A stretch of DNA of 64,000 bases. Source: a virus. Shown one piece after another: positions 55,801 to 64,000 of the stretch. The position numbers were made by a program, and so were the translations under genes. The stretch is from IMG/VR virus record IMGVR_UViG_3300001765_000053. One strand, written 5' to 3'. Each line of letters starts with the position of its first letter. Within the stretch, counting starts at the first letter, position 1. Under the pieces are notes generated by a model. It saw only the letters and a list, made by a program, of their open reading frames with translations. It had not been told where the DNA came from and searched no databases.

Positions 55801-58800
55801 ATGGATTTAAATAAAAAAATAAAATTTAGTATTGTAATGATTTTCAGTATTATATTATTTTCTATTAGTAGTGTTTTTTCTGCTGGTGGAAGTGGAACAG
55901 TAAATGACCCATATATAATGAATACTTGTGCAGAATTACAAGGTATGGTAGTTAATAATGCTTTACATTATAAACTTGGAAACGACATTGATTGTTCTTC
56001 AACAAGTTGGACAAAAATTGGAACTTCAACTGGTAGTGATTATTGGGGTCAATTAAATGGAAATGGTTATTCAATAATTGGTCTTAATAATCCTATGTTT
56101 GGATTTACAGATGCAAATGCAAAAATATACAACTTAACACTTAAAAATGGAAATATAGTTTCATATAATAATTTTAATGGTGCTTTGGTTGGAGAAAATT
56201 ATGGTCTTATTGAATATGTTAAAGTTACTGGATATAATATTTATGGAGAAGATTATGTTGGTGGTTTTGTTTCACATAATAGAAATGGTGGTAGAATTAA
56301 ATACTCTGGTGTTGAAAATTCAAGTTTATATTTACACTCTGGAACATCTGACTATGTTGGTGGTTTTGTTGGAATGCAAGATAATGGTGGTGAAATTTAT
56401 GAATCATATGCAAAAATAAATAATGTTATTACTGGTTATAATTTTCTTGGTGGTTTTATTGGTAGAAATGATGGTCAAATATTTGACTCATATGCAAAAG
56501 CAAATTTAAATGGTAATGTATATATTGGTGGATTTGTTGGTCATAATTATGGAAGCACTACGACAGTTGCAAGAATTTATAGGTCTTATGCAAGTGGAAA
56601 TGTAGTTGGAACATCAACATTTCACGCATTTATGGGTGGTCAAAATGTATATTCAAGTAATGGTTATACATATAATTGTTATTATGATAGAGAAACATCA
56701 CTTGATAGTTCAAATTATGGTGCAATTGGTTTATTAACATCTGAAATAAAAACTTTAAAACCATTTAATGGTTATGAAACTTGGGATTTTATTACTGCTT
56801 GGTATTGGGATGAAACTAAAAATGATGGTCATTTATCATTGAGAAAAGTTGATAATGTTCCTTATAATATTACTCCAATGACTGGAACTGGTGTAAATGG
56901 AAATCCATTAATAATTACTAATTGTTGGCATTTATATGAAATAGATTATGATTCAAATAAATTGGGATTATATTATAGATTAAACAATAATATTAGTTGT
57001 AGTGGAGTTGCACAAAGACCAATTGGTGGAAATTTTGTTGGAAATTTTGATGGAAATGATATGACTATTAGTGATACATATGTTGATTTATTTGAAAATA
57101 TTTATACAAATGCACAAGTTTATGATTTGAGAATTGAAAATGCTTTACTTATTGGTGGTTATGGTTCAAGGGGAATTTTAACAAGAAATAATTATGGTGT
57201 TATTACAAATGTTTTTGTAAATGGTGCTATTTATGATACATTAGACAATATTGGTGGTTTAGTTGGAACAAATCAAAATGGTGGTAGAATTTACAAATCA
57301 ATTTCATATGCTTATATTTATTCAAGCACAACACAATCAGATTATGTTGGTGGTTTAGTTGGTTATCAACCAAATGGTGGTATAATTTATGAATCATATT
57401 CACATAATAATGTTATTCAAGGTTATCAAGGTGTTGGTGGTTTTATTGGAAGAAATGATGGTCAAATTTTTGACTCTTATACACACTCACCAAGTGTTCA
57501 AGGATATGTAAATGTTGGTGGTTTTGTTGGTCATAATTATGGAATATCAACAACAGTTGGTCAAATTTATAGGTCATATTCAATTGGTCAACCATCTGGA
57601 AATTCTGCAATTGGTGGATTTGTTGGTGCATCAAATACTTATGGTGGTTCAAATGGTCAAATATATCAATCATTTTGGGATATTACAACATCTGGAACAA
57701 CAAATAGTGTTTCAATGGCAGTTGGTAAATATAGTGCTGATATGAAAAATATTAAAACATATTCTGGTAGCAATATTTGGGACTTTGATACAATATGGTA
57801 TATGGATAATGTTACTGGTTATCCTAAATTAAGAAATCTTGATAAAGTATTTAATCCAATTCCATCAATGGTTGGTGATGGTAGTGTTGGAAATCCATTT
57901 CAAATTGTAGAGTGTAGGCAATTAAAAGAAATTCAAGATAGTCTTACATCAAATTATATTATTATGAATGACCTTGATTGTGCAATTAGTGAAATGCACA
58001 GAGTTGGGACTTTTCAAGGAACTCTTGAAGGTAACAATAAAGTAATTTATTCAACATATTCACCATTGTTTGAAACACTTGGTGCAAGTGCTGTTGTTAA
58101 AAATTTAGGAATTACAAATCATTTAAATAGTGAACAACTTGACTATTATGGTGTATTAGCAAGATATAATACAAATGGTAGAATACAAAATGTTTATGTG
58201 TCTGGAACAATAGATACTGGAAATGACTATAATGGTGGTCTTGTTGGTCAAAGTAGTGGTGGTATTATTGAAGATAGTGAATCTTATGTAAATATTAATG
58301 GTAATGGTGCAAATTCAGATTATTTAGGTGGTCTTGTTGGTTATCAATTAGGAAATGCACAAATTTATAGAAGTTTCTCAAAAGGGAACACAGTAACTGG
58401 TCATAATTATATTGGTGGTCTTGTTGGTCAAAATCAATATGGTCATATTTATGACTCTTATGCAATGACAAATGTTCTTGCATTTCAAGGTGCTGGTGGT
58501 TTGATTGGTTATAATTATGCACATACTTCAACACCAAGTTTTATTTATAGGTCATATGCAACTGGTAGTGTTGATGCAACAAGTAATACTTATGAAGGTG
58601 GTCTTGCTGGTTATAACTATGTATATTCACCACCTTATGGTGGGTTTTATAATTCATATTGGGACACACAAACTACTGGTCAAACAATTGGTGCTGGAAA
58701 TCAAAATTATGGAACTGGTCTTACAACATCACAAATGAAAATACAATCCAATCTTGCTGGATTTGATTTTGCAACAGTATGGTTTATGGATAGTGTTTCA

Positions 58801-59757
58801 AATAATGGTTATGCAAATCATATTTCATTTATTCCACTTGTTGTAACACCATTTGATGTTACAATATTTTATCCAATGAATACTGAATTAATGACTTTAA
58901 ATAGTAGTATTTCACCAATTACATTTCAATATGCACATAATTCAGACAATGCAACAACAATGGTTTGTAGGCAATATTTAGATGGTGTATTATTTAAAAC
59001 AGATTATAATGTTGGAACAGCAATTCAATCTACAACATTAAATAGATGGATTGAAAAACAATATTTATATGAAGTTAGATGTTTTGATGGTATTATTACA
59101 GAATTAACTCAACACCAATTTACAGTTAATGTTGATATTGATTTAATTGGACCTAATCCAAATACAAATCCAAGTGGTGGTGGAGATATTAATATTTCAG
59201 AAATACTTGATGCAATAAATAGTTTAAACTTAACTGTTACTACAACACAAGGAAATACAACAGTAATTGAAGGAGAAACAAAAATTTATCATTCATATTC
59301 AACTGGAAGTCAATACTTTTCACAAAGTGATTTAGACAAATTAAATCTTGCAAATTTAACTGCTGTATATAATCCAGTTACTCAACAAATAGAAAATACA
59401 ACAAACAAAACTGTAATTGATATTACAGAATTATATAATACATTAACATTAAAAGATGGAACAACATTTGCAAATGTAAAACCAAAGAACTTTTATGATA
59501 ATGTTCTAATGAAACCATATTTTGATGGAGAAAAACTTGGAATAGAAAATACATTTGGAAAATGGTTGCTTGAAAATATTAAGAATTGGATGGTAGCACT
59601 TACATTTTTTGGACTTGTTACTTGGGGTATGAGTAGTATAAAATTTGGTAAAACAAAGGGTCAAAGAGTTAGAAATAAAATATTTTATGTTGCTGTTATC
59701 ACAGCAGTATTAATATTTTTATTAAAAATATTTATAAACCTAATATTATATAATTAA
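55801..59757 (+). CDS. Large GLUG-motif beta-helix surface protein (three internal modules) with two-TM anchor
   Basis: Repeated VGGFVG/GGLVG; module heads GSGTVNDPYI, GTGVNGNPLII, GDGSVGNPFQI; SGGG linker; C-terminal TMs. Confidence 0.9.
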   Translation: MDLNKKIKFSIVMIFSIILFSISSVFSAGGSGTVNDPYIMNTCAELQGMVVNNALHYKLGNDIDCSSTSWTKIGTSTGSDYWGQLNGNGYSIIGLNNPMFGFTDANAKIYNLTLKNGNIVSYNNFNGALVGENYGLIEYVKVTGYNIYGEDYVGGFVSHNRNGGRIKYSGVENSSLYLHSGTSDYVGGFVGMQDNGGEIYESYAKINNVITGYNFLGGFIGRNDGQIFDSYAKANLNGNVYIGGFVGHNYGSTTTVARIYRSYASGNVVGTSTFHAFMGGQNVYSSNGYTYNCYYDRETSLDSSNYGAIGLLTSEIKTLKPFNGYETWDFITAWYWDETKNDGHLSLRKVDNVPYNITPMTGTGVNGNPLIITNCWHLYEIDYDSNKLGLYYRLNNNISCSGVAQRPIGGNFVGNFDGNDMTISDTYVDLFENIYTNAQVYDLRIENALLIGGYGSRGILTRNNYGVITNVFVNGAIYDTLDNIGGLVGTNQNGGRIYKSISYAYIYSSTTQSDYVGGLVGYQPNGGIIYESYSHNNVIQGYQGVGGFIGRNDGQIFDSYTHSPSVQGYVNVGGFVGHNYGISTTVGQIYRSYSIGQPSGNSAIGGFVGASNTYGGSNGQIYQSFWDITTSGTTNSVSMAVGKYSADMKNIKTYSGSNIWDFDTIWYMDNVTGYPKLRNLDKVFNPIPSMVGDGSVGNPFQIVECRQLKEIQDSLTSNYIIMNDLDCAISEMHRVGTFQGTLEGNNKVIYSTYSPLFETLGASAVVKNLGITNHLNSEQLDYYGVLARYNTNGRIQNVYVSGTIDTGNDYNGGLVGQSSGGIIEDSESYVNINGNGANSDYLGGLVGYQLGNAQIYRSFSKGNTVTGHNYIGGLVGQNQYGHIYDSYAMTNVLAFQGAGGLIGYNYAHTSTPSFIYRSYATGSVDATSNTYEGGLAGYNYVYSPPYGGFYNSYWDTQTTGQTIGAGNQNYGTGLTTSQMKIQSNLAGFDFATVWFMDSVSNNGYANHISFIPLVVTPFDVTIFYPMNTELMTLNSSISPITFQYAHNSDNATTMVCRQYLDGVLFKTDYNVGTAIQSTTLNRWIEKQYLYEVRCFDGIITELTQHQFTVNVDIDLIGPNPNTNPSGGGDINISEILDAINSLNLTVTTTQGNTTVIEGETKIYHSYSTGSQYFSQSDLDKLNLANLTAVYNPVTQQIENTTNKTVIDITELYNTLTLKDGTTFANVKPKNFYDNVLMKPYFDGEKLGIENTFGKWLLENIKNWMVALTFFGLVTWGMSSIKFGKTKGQRVRNKIFYVAVITAVLIFLLKIFINLILYN

Positions 59758-59760
59758 TTT

Positions 59761-62700
59761 ATGGAAAAAATGAAATCGTTAAAATCAATAATAATTGGAC
59801 TTGTAATGTTGTTATTTGTTATGAGTAGTGTAAACTCTGCTTCTTTTTGGGATTTGGGTTGCTGGTTTAATCAAAATCCAAATATGGAAGTAGATTTATT
59901 GATTTATAATGAAAGTGGAAGTTTTAAATCATCAGTAACACAAGGAAATGGAAATGAAATTGATACATTATCAATAATAGAAGGAGATATAATTCAAATA
60001 GATTTCTCTCCAACAAGTGATGATGAAAATAATATTAGACAAGAAAGAGTATTTTTTTTACACGATACTAAAAGTGATTGGACTATTGATATTCAAGATA
60101 ATAATAATGTTCAAACTTTATTATCAACAACTTCATCAAGTTCAAATAAATTTGATTTTTATGAATATTTAAATACTGGAATATCTAAACCACAATATTT
60201 TAGTGAACATACACAAACATTAACTATTAATGGTAATCCACAAAATGATTTAATTAAAACATTTAAACCACAAATTGGAAATTATGAAGTATTATTTAGA
60301 GTTACAGATGATTGTTCAAATGATGCAACTGATGAAGTGTATAAATTTTTTGATTTAGTTGTTGAACCAAAACCATCAACAAGTCAAACTGTTTATGTTT
60401 GTAATTCAACATCAACTGTATCAGTTGCAAATCCAGTTGCTACAACTTGGATTGATATTTATATTGATAATGGTTGTGGAAATGCTTTAGATTTTAGTAG
60501 TGTAACTAATAGTGGTTTTTTAAATATAAATTTAAGAACTCACGAAAATAATACACTTGTAGAATTTCCAGCATTTAATTGTGGATATCAACATAATATT
60601 GGAAATAGTGTGATTAATTATATTCCAAATTTAAGAATTTATGGTAATGACTTTTATAATATTCATCAATGTGTTCAAACATTTAGTTACTTTACTGGTG
60701 CAACTGGAAATGAAAATATAACAATTGATTATAATTCTGGTAATCAATATTCAGAAAGTTTTGGACTTGGATATTTTGGAAATTTCAATAAAGTTAAATT
60801 GATAAGTTCATATGGTGAAGGTGGTATGGGATATTTAAGAATTAATGGATATATTGGTAATGTAAAAGATTTGAGTTTAAATATTACTGGTAGTGGTTAT
60901 ATGGATACTCCATACACATATGATGGAAATGTAAATATTACCTATGATAATTCAGTTCAAAATTATATATCATTTAGAAATTCATATAATAATGTTTATT
61001 CTGGATTTAATCAAGGTATAAATTTTAATATATATGGAGATTATCACAATAATAATCTTTATTATGGTTATAATAGTAATGGTTTTGATAATATTGATTT
61101 AACAAATAATGGAAATGTTTATTTAAATAGTATTTTAATTGGCGATAATTATGTTGGAAATGCGAATCCAGTTATATTACAAAAAAGGTGGGGAGAACCA
61201 TCAATTAAAATGTATGCAAATGTTTTACAATATAAAAATTCAAATGCTTTTTCAATTCAAGATTGGGATAGTGGAAGTTATAATTATACAATTAGTAAAG
61301 AAATTTCAACTGGAAATTTCTTAGGAAATGCTTGGCTTAATGAAAATGGAACTGATATATTTAATTGTAATGTTGCTTTAAAAAATATTACATTTGAAAA
61401 TAAAGTTTATACAACTTGTTCTTCTCCAATTATGATTGCAGAAGATACTTCAAATGGAGTAAAAAGAATTTATGATTATATAATTGTTACAAATCAATCA
61501 AAAGGTGGTTATAATCCATCAGTTCCAGAACAAATTATAATTCCAAATAATAAACCAGTTGCTAACATAAAATTAAATTCAACACAAGAAGTTGAAGTTG
61601 GTCAAACTGTTTGTTGGGATACAAGTGATAGTTTTGATACAGATGGTTCAATTGTTTCAAAAAAAATTTGGGAAGGAGATAAATATTATTCAAATCTTGA
61701 TAGTAATTGTTTGACAAAAACATCACCAGATGTTGTTTCAGTAAAAGTTGAAGTTACTGATAATGATGGTGCAAAAGATGATGATATAGTTTATATTAAA
61801 TGGTCAAAAACACAAGCAATTTGTCAAGATAATACACCATCAGATTTAGTTATAACAAATACTCAATATCAAAATAATATGTATTGGTTAAATATGACTG
61901 TTAGTGATTTTGATGGAGATACAGATTTTACATATGCTTGGACTGTAAATGGAGAAACTGTTTATGGAAAAGATATATTAACATCAATTGATTATAACCA
62001 AAATATTTATGGTAGTGTATTTGATGGTTGTAATATTACATCTGATATGATGTATATTGATGTTGGTCAAAATTATTCAGAACCAATTAATAGTATTGAT
62101 ATAAATCTTGTTTGTAGTCAAAATAATATTTATTCACCATCAACAGTAAGTTGCGAGTTGATTAAAGATTTAAAAAATCAACACCAAAACACAATTATTT
62201 GGTTATATGATACTACAATAATAAATGAAAATCAAAATGCTTCAATATTTTCAAGAAGTGTTGGTGATATTAATGACCATTTAATTACTGTAAGTGTTTC
62301 AACAATTGAAGGAGAATATAAGACAGATTATTATAGATTTAATCTTGTTCCACAACCAATTACTCCACCAGTTAGTGGTGGGGGTGGTGGCTCTACTCCA
62401 ATTACTAAAACAACTTGTAATATTAATATAACACCAATTGTTATTTCAATAAGCGATAATAATTTGACAATACCATTAACAATTAAAAACAATGAACAAG
62501 GTTCTTGGCAACCAGATTATATATTTGAAGATGTTGTTGGTTTTGATAGTGTTAAAGATGATTTATCTTTGGCAAATACTATTGGAACAATTGAAGCAAC
62601 ACAAACAAAAGTTATTGGTGTTAAATATAATAAAGATTTATTTGATACAAATCCAATAACAGCAAAAAATAAAATAAGATTTACAAGTGATAATTGTGAA

Positions 62701-63039
62701 GATGTAATATTAATAATAAATACAAATATAAATAATCAAGAAACAATACTTGCTTTTAGTGAACTTGATTTGCTTTCAAGTTTAAAACCAGAAAACTTTA
62801 TAGAACTTACAGCAATTAAAAAAGAATTAATAGTTGATAATAAAGAGTTACAAGATTTAAAAGTTTGGCATATTGGAGTAATAGTATTATTAATATTTAT
62901 TACTATGCTTTGGAATGTTAGATATGTAGATAGTGATTTTGGTAATATAGTGTCAAAATCATTAATAATAATATTATTAACATCAATAATAACAACAATA
63001 ATAATATATGGACTTAATTATCTTTTTAAGATATTATAA
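59761..63039 (+). CDS. Large PKD-domain surface protein with two-TM anchor
   Basis: NKPVANI...VEVGQTVCWDTSDSFDTDGSIVS...VEVTDNDGA; SGGGGG linker; C-terminal TMs. Confidence 0.85.
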   Translation: MEKMKSLKSIIIGLVMLLFVMSSVNSASFWDLGCWFNQNPNMEVDLLIYNESGSFKSSVTQGNGNEIDTLSIIEGDIIQIDFSPTSDDENNIRQERVFFLHDTKSDWTIDIQDNNNVQTLLSTTSSSSNKFDFYEYLNTGISKPQYFSEHTQTLTINGNPQNDLIKTFKPQIGNYEVLFRVTDDCSNDATDEVYKFFDLVVEPKPSTSQTVYVCNSTSTVSVANPVATTWIDIYIDNGCGNALDFSSVTNSGFLNINLRTHENNTLVEFPAFNCGYQHNIGNSVINYIPNLRIYGNDFYNIHQCVQTFSYFTGATGNENITIDYNSGNQYSESFGLGYFGNFNKVKLISSYGEGGMGYLRINGYIGNVKDLSLNITGSGYMDTPYTYDGNVNITYDNSVQNYISFRNSYNNVYSGFNQGINFNIYGDYHNNNLYYGYNSNGFDNIDLTNNGNVYLNSILIGDNYVGNANPVILQKRWGEPSIKMYANVLQYKNSNAFSIQDWDSGSYNYTISKEISTGNFLGNAWLNENGTDIFNCNVALKNITFENKVYTTCSSPIMIAEDTSNGVKRIYDYIIVTNQSKGGYNPSVPEQIIIPNNKPVANIKLNSTQEVEVGQTVCWDTSDSFDTDGSIVSKKIWEGDKYYSNLDSNCLTKTSPDVVSVKVEVTDNDGAKDDDIVYIKWSKTQAICQDNTPSDLVITNTQYQNNMYWLNMTVSDFDGDTDFTYAWTVNGETVYGKDILTSIDYNQNIYGSVFDGCNITSDMMYIDVGQNYSEPINSIDINLVCSQNNIYSPSTVSCELIKDLKNQHQNTIIWLYDTTIINENQNASIFSRSVGDINDHLITVSVSTIEGEYKTDYYRFNLVPQPITPPVSGGGGGSTPITKTTCNINITPIVISISDNNLTIPLTIKNNEQGSWQPDYIFEDVVGFDSVKDDLSLANTIGTIEATQTKVIGVKYNKDLFDTNPITAKNKIRFTSDNCEDVILIINTNINNQETILAFSELDLLSSLKPENFIELTAIKKELIVDNKELQDLKVWHIGVIVLLIFITMLWNVRYVDSDFGNIVSKSLIIILLTSIITTIIIYGLNYLFKIL

Positions 63040-63044
63040 ATAAA

Positions 63045-64000
63045 ATGGATGAACAAAAAAATTCAACAGTAAAGAAATTTGTAGTAATTGTATTTATACT
63101 TTTACTATTAATAGGTATGTTTGCTGGTATTTATGCTTATACACCAGAATATACCAGTTATTTAAATCAATTTCCAGTTCAAGTAATGCCAAAGGTTAAT
63201 GGAAACTTAAAACCAAATACTGAATTTGATTATAATTTTGTATTTGCAACAGATGAAAATTGTGTGTATGATGTATATACAAAAGCAGTAACTATTACAA
63301 CAGATAAATATGGTGTTGGTTCAACAATATTAAATTTATCAAGTGTAACACAAATTCCAAAATATTTATGTGAATATAGAGATGGTAGTCTTCGTAAAGT
63401 TCATCCATTGAATGAAAGATTATTTTTAAAACAGATTAATGACCAAGACATATTAAATTATGGTTTTATTAAAAATTATACTGATACTTCATTAAATGAA
63501 TCACAAGTTGATAATTTTGTTTCAAATAATGGATATTTAACAAATGAAACTGACCCAACAATAGATTTACAAAAATTACAAAATTTAACATTTAATGATT
63601 TTCATAATCTTGGTGGAATTGATAGAGTATTAAATGAAAGTGAAATTCAAATGATGGGATTTCTACAAAATGAAACAGATTATTGTAAAGATGGTATTTG
63701 TAATGGAGATTTAACAATTAATGGAGATTTAACAGTAATTGGTAGTCTTGCAAATTTAAGTGTTACAAATGTAAATACAAATGGTTCAATAATTCCTTCA
63801 TTTAATAATATGTTTAATCTTGGTGATGTTGGTTTTAAATGGAATACAATTTATGCAAGTGTTATTGATGCAAATATTGATTACTCAAAAATTCAAAATG
63901 TTCCAAACTTTTTATTGACTGAAACAGACCCAGAAGTTGGAACATTAATAAATGGTCAATGGTGTAGGGTAACTGGTAGTCAAGTTGTTTGTGATGTTGC
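63045..64000 (+). CDS. Partial fibre-like protein (not in track; runs off window end)
   Basis: Manual translation open for 318 codons: N-terminal TM; GYLTNETDP, NETDY and TETDP repeats; NGDLTINGDLTV; VGTLINGQWC. Confidence 0.75.
   Translation, partial: MDEQKNSTVKKFVVIVFILLLLIGMFAGIYAYTPEYTSYLNQFPVQVMPKVNGNLKPNTEFDYNFVFATDENCVYDVYTKAVTITTDKYGVGSTILNLSSVTQIPKYLCEYRDGSLRKVHPLNERLFLKQINDQDILNYGFIKNYTDTSLNESQVDNFVSNNGYLTNETDPTIDLQKLQNLTFNDFHNLGGIDRVLNESEIQMMGFLQNETDYCKDGICNGDLTINGDLTVIGSLANLSVTNVNTNGSIIPSFNNMFNLGDVGFKWNTIYASVIDANIDYSKIQNVPNFLLTETDPEVGTLINGQWCRVTGSQVVCDV

Larger units (their letters stand above)
1..64000. mobile_element. Segment of a large archaeal virus or virus-like extrachromosomal element (host probably DPANN-like archaeon)
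   Basis: Dense small hypothetical ORFs in long unidirectional blocks; PCNA, RFC and MCM-like replication genes; archaeal TATA promoters; phage-associated families (Mom, DUF2958, LPD29, AAA_24); no housekeeping genes. The element extends past both window edges. Confidence 0.8.

Noticed and set aside
1188-61324. Many antisense ORFs in the track (e.g. 1188..1373, 2097..2312, 7658..7951, 13131..13631, 15402..15737, 18975..19262, 22740..23051, 35763..36077, 41008..41388, 51475..51768, 57443..57673, 58295..58537) and same-strand off-frame ORFs (20969..21169, 56177..56419, 57512..57745, 58505..58738, 61139..61324)
   Set aside because: They overlap longer ORFs that have recognisable motifs; the F/I/L/S- or H/Q-rich composition is the expected shadow of A-rich coding DNA.
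1-64000. Stop-codon reassignment
   Set aside because: Known proteins (UvrD, RFC, PCNA, Mom, HNH) are full length in the standard code and coding density is already high.
1-64000. Cellular chromosome of a small-genome archaeon
   Set aside because: No ribosomal, tRNA-synthetase or metabolic genes in 64 kb; gene content and architecture are virus-like. A very large integrated island cannot be fully excluded.
1-64000. Integrase, transposase, intron or intein
   Set aside because: No tyrosine/serine recombinase, DDE, LAGLIDADG or intein motifs recognised; the HNH gene is free-standing.

Overview
Very AT-rich (roughly 20-25% GC by eye), gene-dense 64 kb segment, best read as part of a large archaeal virus or virus-like extrachromosomal element, probably of a DPANN-like host (inference). 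Supporting evidence: TATA boxes 21-23 nt before start codons, no obvious Shine-Dalgarno sites but A-rich TAAAAAATG junctions, PCNA and RFC-small clamp genes, and no ribosomal or metabolic housekeeping genes. Layout: (1) 1-17.9 kb, minus strand: small Zn-binding and host-takeover ORFs (UvrD helicase, Pth2, LMW phosphatase-like, ART-like, Mom-like DNA modifier, RFC). (2) A divergent AT-rich intergenic region at 17.95-18.45 kb. (3) 18.45-26.5 kb, plus strand: replication module (MCM-like ATPase, probable SSB, Sak4-like AAA_24, PCNA) and an HNH protein. (4) 26.5-43.3 kb, minus strand: about 50 small cassette-like ORFs, including at least 12 paralogues of a small 'ExYKG...TKxEA' domain I do not recognise, two LPD29-like genes, DUF2958 and a CPBP intramembrane protease. 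(5) 43.3-48.9 kb (minus) and 49.6-64 kb (plus): secreted or membrane-anchored surface proteins (GLUG, PKD, TSP3, Cys-rich, fibre-like), four sharing a signal peptide, Gly linker and two-TM anchor. These flank a highly structured repeat block at 49.1-49.5 kb. Synonymous codon choice systematically avoids GATC, CATG, GTAC and AGCT. I recognised no terminase, portal, HK97 capsid, DNA polymerase, integrase, tRNA, rRNA or CRISPR array in this window. All calls are from motif recognition by eye, with no database searches.
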